Source of the DNA: Candidatus Zambryskiibacteriota bacterium
GTDB lineage: Bacteria > Patescibacteriota > Minisyncoccia > Phycocordibacterales > DATDWN01
Assembly: GCA_003173855.1 (NCBI GenBank)
Contig: PPGI01000010.1
Coordinates: forward strand, 1-60,303
Reading direction: 5' to 3'
Length of the DNA: 60,303 bases
In this document: in pieces, positions 19,990 through 28,762 of the stretch
Layout: each line of letters starts with the position of its first letter
How positions within the stretch are numbered: position 1 is the first letter of the stretch
Made by a program: the position numbers and the translations under genes
The notes under the pieces: generated by a model
Database searches by the model: none
The model's input: only the letters and a program-made list of their open reading frames with translations
What the model was told of the DNA's origin: nothing

Positions 19990-20679
19990 ATGAAAAATAT
20001 TTTTTTGAGCATTATTGTGGTCGCGATTGTGATTGTTGGAGGATACTATTTGTTTCGAGACAAAAAACCACCAGTTGATAATTCTGGGCTACTTTCAAAT
20101 GTAAATTCGTATGGAACGACAACGGAATCGACTCAAACACTTCAAGCGACAACAACAAACCAAACTACAACAACACCATCAACACCATCTCCAACAATTA
20201 ACAATAAAAAATCACATATGATAACAATCAAAACAAATTACGGAACAATAGTTTTTGAAACATATGATAATGACGCGCCAAATACCTCTGCAAACTTCGT
20301 AAAGCTTGCAACAAAAGGATTCTACGATAACCTTACATTTCACAGAGTAATCAAGGGTTTTATGATCCAAGGAGGGGATCCAAATGGAAATGGAACAGGT
20401 GGGCCAGGGTATCAATTTGCAGATGAGTTAAATCCAAATACTCCATCTTACAAAGCAGGTTATAAAAAAGGCGTTGTGGCGATGGCTAATGCTGGTCCAA
20501 ACACAAATGGTAGTCAATTTTTCATAATGACTGCAGATTATCCTCTTCCAAATCAGTACACAATTTTTGGTCATGTAGTTTCTGGTCAAGATGTAGTTGA
20601 TAAAATCGCAAATGTTCCAACTGGCCAAAATGACAAGCCAATTTCTCCTGTTAAGATGGAAAAAGTGACAGTAAATTAA
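19990..20679 (+). CDS. Cyclophilin-type peptidyl-prolyl isomerase, membrane anchored
   Basis: FHRVIKGFMIQGGDP, GTGGPGY.FADE, AMANAGPNTNGSQFFI; Thr-rich linker. Confidence 0.95.
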   Translation: MKNIFLSIIVVAIVIVGGYYLFRDKKPPVDNSGLLSNVNSYGTTTESTQTLQATTTNQTTTTPSTPSPTINNKKSHMITIKTNYGTIVFETYDNDAPNTSANFVKLATKGFYDNLTFHRVIKGFMIQGGDPNGNGTGGPGYQFADELNPNTPSYKAGYKKGVVAMANAGPNTNGSQFFIMTADYPLPNQYTIFGHVVSGQDVVDKIANVPTGQNDKPISPVKMEKVTVN

Positions 20680-20692
20680 ATTTACTTTAAAG

Positions 20693-20722
20693 TTGACTTT
20701 CTGTATTGATTAATGCTATAAT
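20693..20722 (+). promoter_or_regulatory. Sigma70 promoter of the RRM gene
   Basis: TTGACT-18 nt-TATAAT with TG extension. Confidence 0.7.
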
Positions 20723-20828
20723 GCGACCAATGTAAGTATCTCGTAGGTTTCGAGGCGCAAGCTAAGAAAAGAAGAGAGCTAGTCGCCTTACAGCATTTAA
20801 TAAATAGAGACTAGGTAAAAAATTAGCT

Positions 20829-21140
20829 ATGGCTAAGAAGTTATATGTAGGAGGTATTTCTTATGGCACAACAGAACAAGGCCTAAGAGATGCTTTCGCA
20901 CAAGTTGGTGAAGTTGCTTCAGCTTCAATTATCATGGACAGAATGACAGGCAGATCAAAAGGATTCGGTTTCGTCGAAATGGCAAGTGATGCAGATGCTG
21001 AAAAAGCTATCCAAAAGTGGAATGGTCAGGAACTAGATGGACGAAAGCTTACAGTAAATGAAGCTCGTCCAATGGAACCTCGAGCACCACGATCTGGCGG
21101 ATTTGATCGAAATAACGATCGAGGAGGCCGAACTTGGTAA
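20829..21140 (+). CDS. RRM (RNP-1) RNA-binding protein
   Basis: KLYVGG RNP2, GRSKGFGFVEM RNP1, VNEARP, Gly/Arg tail. Confidence 0.95.
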   Translation: MAKKLYVGGISYGTTEQGLRDAFAQVGEVASASIIMDRMTGRSKGFGFVEMASDADAEKAIQKWNGQELDGRKLTVNEARPMEPRAPRSGGFDRNNDRGGRTW

Positions 21141-21269
21141 ATTTTTGATCTTTTTAAATAATTTCTGCGTTGCTCGTTTGCGTTTGCTTCCGTGCAGTAC
21201 TACTTGTACAACCTGGTCGCAATACGCACTCGCGCCTTGAAATTAATTAAAAATTTTCAAAAATTAATT
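21139..21269 (+). repeat. Palindromic intergenic element, family 1 subgroup
   Basis: cgtttgcttccgtgcagtactacttgtacaacctggtcgcaatac is near-identical to 25890-25945; AT-rich inverted ends. Confidence 0.8.
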
Positions 21270-21330
21270 CAAACAAAAAACACCAATTGTGGTGTTTTTT
21301 GTTGTCCAATACTCTGTTAATATTATATAT

Positions 21331-21795
21331 ATGAATTATCGTCGGGCGACTCTTGAAATTTTTGCATTTGCCGCTTTTTTTATCGCTATTGTTGTTGTTC
21401 TTGCAAATTATTCTTATCCATCGCAAGTAATTTTGGGTGGAAAAGTTTTCCGAGTTGAAGTTGTCGATACCGAAGCTTTGCTTCAAAAAGGTTTATCGGG
21501 CCATGCGCCACTTCAAAACAATGAAGGAATGTTTTTTGTTTTCCAAACTCCTGATAATTACGGCTTTTGGATGAAGGATATGACATTTCCTATCGATATT
21601 ATTTGGATGGACCAAAATTTTAAAATTACTCACATCGAAAGTCGAGTTTCGCCTGACACATATCCAAAAATTTTCTATCCAAATGCTAATTCACTATATG
21701 TTTTAGAGATTTCGGCTGGCGAGGCTAGTTCTTTGGGTGTTGGAGTGGGGGGTATGGTAACTTTTGTCAGAAATTCAGGTAGATTCGGCTTATAA
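21331..21795 (+). CDS. DUF192 family protein
   Basis: GLS...L..NEGMFFVF, FWMKDM.FPIDIIW, YVLEISAG. Confidence 0.9.
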   Translation: MNYRRATLEIFAFAAFFIAIVVVLANYSYPSQVILGGKVFRVEVVDTEALLQKGLSGHAPLQNNEGMFFVFQTPDNYGFWMKDMTFPIDIIWMDQNFKITHIESRVSPDTYPKIFYPNANSLYVLEISAGEASSLGVGVGGMVTFVRNSGRFGL

Positions 21796-21850
21796 ATTGT
21801 ACATTTTTTGACATGTAATTTTTTTTATTTTTAAGTATTAAATTTGTATG

Positions 21851-21859
21851 TTATCCACA
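21851..21859 (+). promoter_or_regulatory. DnaA box upstream of nrdA
   Basis: Perfect TTATCCACA 75 nt before nrdA. Confidence 0.55.
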
Positions 21860-21933
21860 TGGTTTTGATTACTTATATTATGTACAATTAGATAAATAAA
21901 TCCGGATGTTTTAATTATTTTCTAAATTTCGAA

Positions 21934-24675
21934 ATGGCATTAACAGTAACAAGACATGATGGTAGAAAAGTTCCGTTCAATGCGGATGAAATCAACCGAT
22001 CTATTGAACGAGCTTGTTACGGACTATTTGATCCAGTTTCAAAAGTGACACAAATTGCAACAGAAACCCAATTAACCATTTACGATGGTATTACTACTTA
22101 TGAAATGGACCAAGCCACAATCAATGCTGCCGTTCAAAATATAAAAGATGATCCAGAATACGATATTGTTGCTAAAAGATTGCTTCTAAAAACTGTTTAT
22201 CGACAAGTTATACCAGAATTTCACTCCCATGAACCATACGAGACATTTGTTCTAAAACATAAACTGGGTTTTATTGACTATATTAATAAACATGTAGCTT
22301 CTGGAATTCTACACCAGAACATGAAAGAGAAATTTGATCTCCAAGCTTTATCTCAAACTCTTGATGTTACGCGTGATGAGCTCTTTCAGTACGCTGGACT
22401 TGATGGATTGATCAATCGCTACTTAATTAAAGATCCAAAACAAAATCCAATCGAAACTCCGCAATATTTTTTCATGCGAATTGCCATGGGACTTTCTTAT
22501 AACGAGAAAAATCCTACAGAAATGGCAATGAAGTTCTACAAAAAAATGTCGCGACTCGAGTATATTGCCGGCGGCTCGACAAATTTGGCAGCTGGGAAAA
22601 TAAAACCAGCTCTTTCTAATTGTTATTTGCTCGAAATTCAAGACGACATGGGCAATATTGCAAAATCAGTTTCTGATGTGATGCTTTTGTCCAAAGGTTC
22701 AGGTGGAATTGGTGCATCGGTTACAAAACTTCGTGCTTCTGGATCACCTCTGAAGTCTGCTGGAGGAGGAACTTCAACTGGCCCAACTCCATTTGCCAAA
22801 ATAATTGATACTGCAATCCGTGCAATTCAACGCGGAGGCAAGAAAAAAGGCGCACTTTGTTTCTATATGGAAAATTGGCACTACGATTTTCCAGAATTCT
22901 TGGACTGGAAGCACAATGCTGGAGATGACTACATGAGAATGAGAACAGCTAACACCGCCTGCTTCCTATCTGATGAATTTATGAAGCGAGTTTCTCACGG
23001 GGAAGATTGGTATATGTTTGATCCAGCGGAAACTATGGATCTGTCGGAAATTTATGGTCAAGCTTTTTCCAAGAGATATGCAGAATATATTGAAAAAGCT
23101 GAACGAGGGGAGCTTCGAGTATATAAGAAAGTGCCAGCAACGGAACAGTATAGGCAAATTTTGGTTGCTCTTCAGACAACTTCACACCCATGGTTAGTTT
23201 GGAAAGATTCTATAAATCTTCGGGCTTTAAACAACAATACCGGTACGATTCACATGTCGAATCTTTGTACGGAAATCTGTCTGCCACAAGACAGAGAAAA
23301 TATCGCTGTATGTAATCTAGCATCTCTTAATCTTTCTGCTCATATAAAAAATCGGGAAGTTAATTGGGCTCGACTTGAAGAATCTGTCCGTTTAGCAATC
23401 CGCCAACTTGATAACTTGATTGATATAAATGTTCTTCCAATTCCAGAAGCTGCAAAATCAGACAGAGAAAACAGGGCAATTGGTCTCGGAGTGATGGGTT
23501 TTTCTGACACGATCGAGCAACTTGGTATGTCGTATGACTCACCGCATGCTTGGGATTTTGCTGATCGCATTTTTGAATTTATTTCTTATATGGCAATTGA
23601 CGAGTCAGCTAACCTTGCGGCAGAACGTGGAAGCTACATGAATTTTAATGGTTCAGAATGGTCAAAAGGTCATGTGCCAGTAGATACTTTGGCAAAATTG
23701 GAACTTGAGCGTGGAAGAGAACTTACAGTTTCAAAAGTTTCAAAGCATAAGGGTCTAAATTGGGATATTTTGCGTGAAAAAGTTAAAAGAGGGATGCGAA
23801 ATGCAACTTTAATGGCTGTTGCTCCAAATGCAAACATCGGACTCTTGGCAGCAACTACACCAGGAATTGATGCTCGTTTTGCTCAAGTCTTCTCTCGAAA
23901 TAAAATTTCAGGAAAATATTTAGATATCAATCATAATTTGGTCAAAGATTTAAAAAATATGGGGATTTGGGATGATGTTAAAGATTTGATCATTGAACTT
24001 CAGGGAGATATTAGTTCAATCGAGAAAATTCCTCAGCATATTAAAGATGTCTATAAAACTTCATTTACCACTTCTCCATATGCATATGTTGAAGTAGCTG
24101 CACGAGCTCAAAAATGGATTGACCAAGCACTTTCTCGAAATATGTATCTTGAAACACGCGATGTTGATGAAACAATGAAAATTTATTCAACAGCTTGGGA
24201 AAAAGGTCTTAAATCAACATACTATTTACACATGAAGCCTCGACATACGGCAGAACAATCAACAACAAACGTAAACAAAGCTCAAAAAATCGGAAAAGTT
24301 GGTTTCGGAGTCTTAAATTTCTCAAGCTCTCCAGCTTTTTCGGCACCATTACAAAAATCTTTAACTATTGACGAATCAAATCCAAGTGAGCCCATGTTTG
24401 TACCATCAGAAGCTCCTGCTACAGTAAAAGTTGTTGAAGAAATTAAAGTTGAGCCTACTCCAGTTGCTTCTCAAGTTATAATCAAAGAGACTGTAGCAGT
24501 TGAAACAGTTGCAAATATAGGTGATACAATTCAAATTGAAGAGGAACCAATGGTTTCAGTTAGAATTTCACATCAGATTCCGACACCTGAAGTTAATACG
24601 CCAACTCCTAATGTCTCTTTTGGACCGGAAGATCCGGCAGAGGATGAGGGCAACGTCTGCATCAGCTGTCAGTAG
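21934..24675 (+). CDS. nrdA: Class I ribonucleotide reductase large subunit with ATP cone
   Basis: N-terminal ATP cone, LSNCYL, SNLCTEI, VCNLAS, STYYLH, C-terminal CISCQ. Confidence 0.96.
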   Translation: MALTVTRHDGRKVPFNADEINRSIERACYGLFDPVSKVTQIATETQLTIYDGITTYEMDQATINAAVQNIKDDPEYDIVAKRLLLKTVYRQVIPEFHSHEPYETFVLKHKLGFIDYINKHVASGILHQNMKEKFDLQALSQTLDVTRDELFQYAGLDGLINRYLIKDPKQNPIETPQYFFMRIAMGLSYNEKNPTEMAMKFYKKMSRLEYIAGGSTNLAAGKIKPALSNCYLLEIQDDMGNIAKSVSDVMLLSKGSGGIGASVTKLRASGSPLKSAGGGTSTGPTPFAKIIDTAIRAIQRGGKKKGALCFYMENWHYDFPEFLDWKHNAGDDYMRMRTANTACFLSDEFMKRVSHGEDWYMFDPAETMDLSEIYGQAFSKRYAEYIEKAERGELRVYKKVPATEQYRQILVALQTTSHPWLVWKDSINLRALNNNTGTIHMSNLCTEICLPQDRENIAVCNLASLNLSAHIKNREVNWARLEESVRLAIRQLDNLIDINVLPIPEAAKSDRENRAIGLGVMGFSDTIEQLGMSYDSPHAWDFADRIFEFISYMAIDESANLAAERGSYMNFNGSEWSKGHVPVDTLAKLELERGRELTVSKVSKHKGLNWDILREKVKRGMRNATLMAVAPNANIGLLAATTPGIDARFAQVFSRNKISGKYLDINHNLVKDLKNMGIWDDVKDLIIELQGDISSIEKIPQHIKDVYKTSFTTSPYAYVEVAARAQKWIDQALSRNMYLETRDVDETMKIYSTAWEKGLKSTYYLHMKPRHTAEQSTTNVNKAQKIGKVGFGVLNFSSSPAFSAPLQKSLTIDESNPSEPMFVPSEAPATVKVVEEIKVEPTPVASQVIIKETVAVETVANIGDTIQIEEEPMVSVRISHQIPTPEVNTPTPNVSFGPEDPAEDEGNVCISCQ

Positions 24676-24685
24676 ATTGAAAAAT

Positions 24686-24805
24686 AAATCTCATTGAGCC
24701 ATAATTTTTTCAGCGCATCGCGGAGTGCGTGAAGCACGAGCGCGAGGAAATTTTCGAGTACGAAAATATTCCGGTGATAAAAAAATTATGATGAAAAAGA
24801 GATTT
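24686..24805 (+). repeat. Palindromic intergenic element, family 2
   Basis: tttttcagcgcatcgcggagtgcgtgaagcacgagcgcgaggaaa matches the reverse complement of 33175-33220 almost perfectly. Confidence 0.9.
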
Positions 24806-24851
24806 TTGTTGACCAAAATTAGAAGTCCTGTAAAATGTAATCACTAAACAT

Positions 24852-25862
24852 ATGACACTGATTGGAAAAGCAAGTCCCGAAGATATGAATCTCCACCCAC
24901 TGAACTACAAGTGGGCATACGAACTTTACAATCAAGCAGTTAGAAACACATGGTTTCCTCACGAAATTGCTCTTAAAGAAGATTTAGACGACTTTGCAAA
25001 GATGACAGATGATGAAAAGCATGCAGTGAAATTTTTAATGGCTTTTTTCAATCCTGCAGAGCTAATTGTAAATCGTTCCATTGCACTTGGGATCTATCCA
25101 TATCTAAAATCTCCAGAATGTCATCTTTATTTAGCAAAGCAAATGTGGGAAGAAGCAAATCACTGTGTTGCTTTTGAATATGTGCTTGAGACATTCCCAT
25201 TTGATCGAACTACTGTTTTCAATACTCACCTTGAGGTGCCTTCAATGATTGCTAAGGAAGTTTACATTAACAAGTACATGAAGCGAATGACTGACGACAG
25301 GCTCGATATCTCAACTGTGGATGGCAAAAAAGACTTTATTCGCAATCTTGTAGCAACCAATATTGTTATGGAGGGTGTTTGGTTTTATTCTGGCTTCATG
25401 GTTGCTCTATCATTTCGTCAGAGAAATCAGTTGCGAAATTTTGGTTCGATGATCAACTGGGTGCTACGAGATGAGTCACTTCACCTTAAATTTGGAATAA
25501 ATCTAATTCACAATATTTTAGAAGAAAATACAGAACTTTTGACAGAAGAGTTTGCAGCAGAAATTCGAAACATCATTATTGAAGGAGTGGATCTTGAAGT
25601 TAATTACAACAAAGACCTTTTTCCAAACGGAATTCTGGGATTAAATGCTGATTATGTAAACCAATACGTGCAGTACGTTGCCGACAGGCGATTGCAGGAG
25701 CTTGGAATGCCAAAATATTACAATGTAACCAATCCCGCAAAATGGATGTCAACTGCAACTGATGTTTTTGAATTGGTTAACTTTTTTGAATCGCAAAATA
25801 CAAGCTATGAGGTTGATTCACACGCATCAACTAAGAAAGAAACTCCTAGCGTCGCTGAATAG
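24852..25862 (+). CDS. nrdB: Ribonucleotide reductase small subunit, class Ic-type
   Basis: PAELIV, EEANHCVAF, MEGVWFYSGF, RDESLH, NFFE..NTSY. Confidence 0.93.
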   Translation: MTLIGKASPEDMNLHPLNYKWAYELYNQAVRNTWFPHEIALKEDLDDFAKMTDDEKHAVKFLMAFFNPAELIVNRSIALGIYPYLKSPECHLYLAKQMWEEANHCVAFEYVLETFPFDRTTVFNTHLEVPSMIAKEVYINKYMKRMTDDRLDISTVDGKKDFIRNLVATNIVMEGVWFYSGFMVALSFRQRNQLRNFGSMINWVLRDESLHLKFGINLIHNILEENTELLTEEFAAEIRNIIIEGVDLEVNYNKDLFPNGILGLNADYVNQYVQYVADRRLQELGMPKYYNVTNPAKWMSTATDVFELVNFFESQNTSYEVDSHASTKKETPSVAE

Positions 25863-25981
25863 AACTTCCCAATTTGGCCAATTTCTTTGTCGCAGGCTCC
25901 GTTTGCTCCCGCGCAGTATTTTTTATACAGCTTGGTCGCAATACTCGCTTGCTTCGCGAACTTGTCTCAAATTTGAAAGTT
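25863..25981 (+). repeat. Palindromic intergenic element, family 1 subgroup
   Basis: Inverted ends aacttcccaatttgg / caaatttgaaagtt; core shared with the 21139-21269 element. Confidence 0.8.
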
Positions 25982-26002
25982 TGTGGTGACTTTTAAATTA
26001 AC

Positions 26003-26030
26003 TTGACAGGAAAATTTAACATGCTATACT
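26003..26030 (+). promoter_or_regulatory. Sigma70 promoter
   Basis: TTGACA-16 nt-TATACT with TG extension. Confidence 0.7.
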
Positions 26031-26034
26031 TTGG

Positions 26035-26302
26035 TTGTTCAGGTAGTTCTACCAAGCTTCATCTGAACAATTGAGCCTTCAAAAAGCTTGGTTTCCTAGT
26101 AGACAAATTAGTTTACTAGCCGCGGATTACGATCCACCGGTACCGTGGGCAAGTTGACAGAGTGGTACGTTGGAAGTGGCAACCCCCAACGTAAAAATAT
26201 CTTGTTTCTTGAGGTTCCGGATTTGGTGGAGTTGCCCACGCGAATCCGGAACAGCTGCAGTTCTTTCGTTTCGTTTATCGCTCCGCGCTCCGGAGCTTTT
26301 TT
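26035..26302 (+). ncRNA. Candidate structured non-coding RNA (unassigned)
   Basis: Starts at the predicted TSS, five or more stems, predicted pseudoknot, ends in GCTCCG/CGGAGC + T6 terminator; no SD-led ORF. Confidence 0.65.
26280..26302 (+). terminator. Intrinsic terminator
   Basis: GCTCCG-CGCTC-CGGAGC-TTTTTT. Confidence 0.7.
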
Positions 26303-26360
26303 CTTGACTAAATTTTAATATTAGAGAAGATAAGAAAAGAAAGTTCCGAAAGGAGATGTT

Positions 26361-26524
26361 ATGAGCGAAGGGATGGTCGTCAGCCAGCTGATCCTTACTC
26401 TGAAAAAATCAAAAGACAGATCGCTGAGGAAGATGATTCTGAACTCTTACGTGAGATTGTGAGAGAAAATATTGGCCATGTATCACTTGAGTGTGAGTGG
26501 CCTCCCGAATTTCTCGACGAATGA
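26361..26524 (+). pseudogene. Small orphan ORF, probably frameshifted
   Basis: aggag-ATG frame stops at 26462; the other frame (DGRQPADPY..EFLDE) runs to 26524 just before hairpin GCCTGGTG/CACCAGGC. Confidence 0.4.
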
Positions 26525-26592
26525 ACTACGAGCCTGGTGTATATGCACCAGGCTTCGCTTTTGATATAATTTTTACATAATTAAAAAAATTC

Positions 26593-27612
26593 ATGGCTAA
26601 AATAAAAGTTGCTATAAACGGTTTTGGAAGAATTGGTCGAGCATTTCTCAAAGAATCTTGGGCAAGAGATGAACTTGAGGTCGTCGCAGTTAATGACTTG
26701 GGAAATCTCGAAAATATGGCATATCTTTTAAAATACGACACTGTTTATCGAAATTGGAATCATGACGTTAGAGTTTCTGGCGAAGATCTAGTTATTGATG
26801 GACGCAAAGTAAAATTTGTTTCGGAAAAAGAGCCAACAAAATTGCCATGGCGAGATTTAGGCATTGATGTGGTTGTCGAATCGACAGGACTTTTTACTTC
26901 GTATGACAAAGCTAAAGTTCATATTGATGCAGGGGCTAAACGTGTAGTTATTTCTGCTCCAGCAAAAGGCGAAGGAGATGTAAAAGGTGAGACAATTCTT
27001 TTGGGCATAAACGAGGATAAGTTTGGCACTTGCGAGATTACTTCCAATGCCTCGTGCACAACAAATGCAGCATCGCCATTGCTTTCGATTTTGGACGAAA
27101 AACTAGGAATTGAGAAAGCAATCTTAAATACAGTGCATGGTTATACTGCAAGCCAAGCCCTGGTTGATGGACCATCAAAAAAAGATCTACGTGAAGGTCG
27201 TGCTGCTGCTCAAAATATTGTGCCCTCGTCAACTGGAGCAGCTATTGCTGTAACAAAAGCTTTTACGAAATTGGAAGGTTTGTTTGACGGAATCTCTATT
27301 AGGGTACCAGTTCCTGTTGGTTCAATTGTTGATGTTACGTTTATTTCTAAAAAACAGACTTCTGCCGAAGAAGTAAATAATATTTTACGCGAAGCTGCTA
27401 AAGACTCACGTTGGAAAAATATTTTCTCAGCAACTGATGAAGAGCTGGTTTCCTCTGATATTTTAGGCAGTCATTATGGCTCAATTGCAGATTTGAAAAT
27501 GACACGAGTTGTCGACAAAAATCTGGTCAAAGTTATGGCTTGGTATGACAACGAAGCAGGCTACACCTATACTTTAGTTCAACACGTTATAAAAACAGGT
27601 TCTACAATTTAG
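26593..27612 (+). CDS. gap: Glyceraldehyde-3-phosphate dehydrogenase, type I
   Basis: INGFGRIGR, SNASCTTN, STGAA, WYDNE. Confidence 0.97.
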   Translation: MAKIKVAINGFGRIGRAFLKESWARDELEVVAVNDLGNLENMAYLLKYDTVYRNWNHDVRVSGEDLVIDGRKVKFVSEKEPTKLPWRDLGIDVVVESTGLFTSYDKAKVHIDAGAKRVVISAPAKGEGDVKGETILLGINEDKFGTCEITSNASCTTNAASPLLSILDEKLGIEKAILNTVHGYTASQALVDGPSKKDLREGRAAAQNIVPSSTGAAIAVTKAFTKLEGLFDGISIRVPVPVGSIVDVTFISKKQTSAEEVNNILREAAKDSRWKNIFSATDEELVSSDILGSHYGSIADLKMTRVVDKNLVKVMAWYDNEAGYTYTLVQHVIKTGSTI

Positions 27613-27614
27613 AA

Positions 27615-28061
27615 ATGAAAATCTATATTGCCTCAGATCATGCTGGTTTTGAGCTTAAAAGGGAATTAATTTCATATTTAATTCAAAATAATTTTGATAT
27701 TGTTGATTGTGGGCCAGATAAATTTGATCATGAGGATGATTATCCTGACTATGTTTCCATTGTTGGTGAACATATTTCAAATGACAGCGATTCAAAGGGA
27801 GTTATTATAGGCTATTCGGGGCAAGGAGAAGCAATAGTGGTAAATCGCTTCAGCAATGTCCGTTGCGCGGTTTATTATGGTGGTCCAAAGCATATTTTGA
27901 CGCTTTCTCGAGAGCATAACGATGCAAATGTTCTCTCGCTTGGCTCGCATTTTTTGACGAATCAAGAAGCCAAAGATGCCGTTATCATGTGGTTAAATAC
28001 AGAATTCCCTGGAGAAGAAAGGCATATTCGGAGAATTAAAAAAATTGAAAGATATGATTGA
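27615..28061 (+). CDS. rpiB: Ribose-5-phosphate isomerase B
   Basis: IASDHAG, DDYPD, GYSGQGE (Cys-less, Glu-type active site), REHNDANVL, RH.RRI. Confidence 0.93.
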   Translation: MKIYIASDHAGFELKRELISYLIQNNFDIVDCGPDKFDHEDDYPDYVSIVGEHISNDSDSKGVIIGYSGQGEAIVVNRFSNVRCAVYYGGPKHILTLSREHNDANVLSLGSHFLTNQEAKDAVIMWLNTEFPGEERHIRRIKKIERYD

Positions 28062-28725
28062 AGTCATTCCTGCAATAATTCCAGAAAATTTAGAACAACT
28101 GGAAACTGAAATAAAAAAAGTTTCTCATTTTGCTAAACTCGTGCAAATTGATATTTCTGATGGGCAATTTACACAAACGAAAACATGGCCCTACAACGGT
28201 CGTGACAAAGATTTCTTTGAAAAATTAAAATCTCAAGAGGTTGGCTGGCCTGAATGGGACAATGTTGATATTGAAGTTCATTTGATGGTGAAATCTCCAG
28301 AAAATATAATCGAGGCCTGGATTCAGTCTGGTATTTCCAGTGTAGTTTTTCACATTGAAGCAACAGAAGTTCCTGATCAAATAATTAATATCTGCAGACA
28401 ACACGAAGTTGCGGTTGGTGCAGCAATCAAACCCTCAACTCCTATTTCTCTCGTCGAACCAATAGCTGAAGCCCTAGATTTTATTCAAGTAATGGGAAGC
28501 GATAACTTGGGAAGCCATGGAATTACGCTTCGGCATGAATCAGTAAAAATGATTAAAGAAATTCATGCAAAATACCCAAATAAAAAAATAGCAATTGATA
28601 TCGGCGTAGATGAAGAATCTCGAGATTTGTTGGTTGAAGCGGGAGCGACACGTCTTGTATCAGGCGGAGCAATTTTAAAGGCTTCTAATCCACAACGCGC
28701 TTACGAAATACTTGAAGGGAATTAA
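28054..28725 (+). CDS. rpe: Ribulose-phosphate 3-epimerase (divergent)
   Basis: QIDISDG.F, EVHLMV, FH.EA, AIKPSTP, QVMG, IAIDIG, LVSGGAI. Confidence 0.8.
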   Translation: MIEVIPAIIPENLEQLETEIKKVSHFAKLVQIDISDGQFTQTKTWPYNGRDKDFFEKLKSQEVGWPEWDNVDIEVHLMVKSPENIIEAWIQSGISSVVFHIEATEVPDQIINICRQHEVAVGAAIKPSTPISLVEPIAEALDFIQVMGSDNLGSHGITLRHESVKMIKEIHAKYPNKKIAIDIGVDEESRDLLVEAGATRLVSGGAILKASNPQRAYEILEGN

Positions 28726-28762
28726 ATTGCCTAAGAAATTATAGGGCGTATAATTATTTTAA

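Noticed and set aside
26150-26175. T-box reading of AGAGTGGTACG
   Set aside because: Bulge reads UGGUACG rather than UGGNACC, the terminator is more than 100 nt away, and there is no stem I or aaRS gene downstream
26145-26318. GTG-started 57-codon frame across the candidate ncRNA
   Set aside because: No SD, runs through the terminator, and the region's base pairing is better explained by RNA structure
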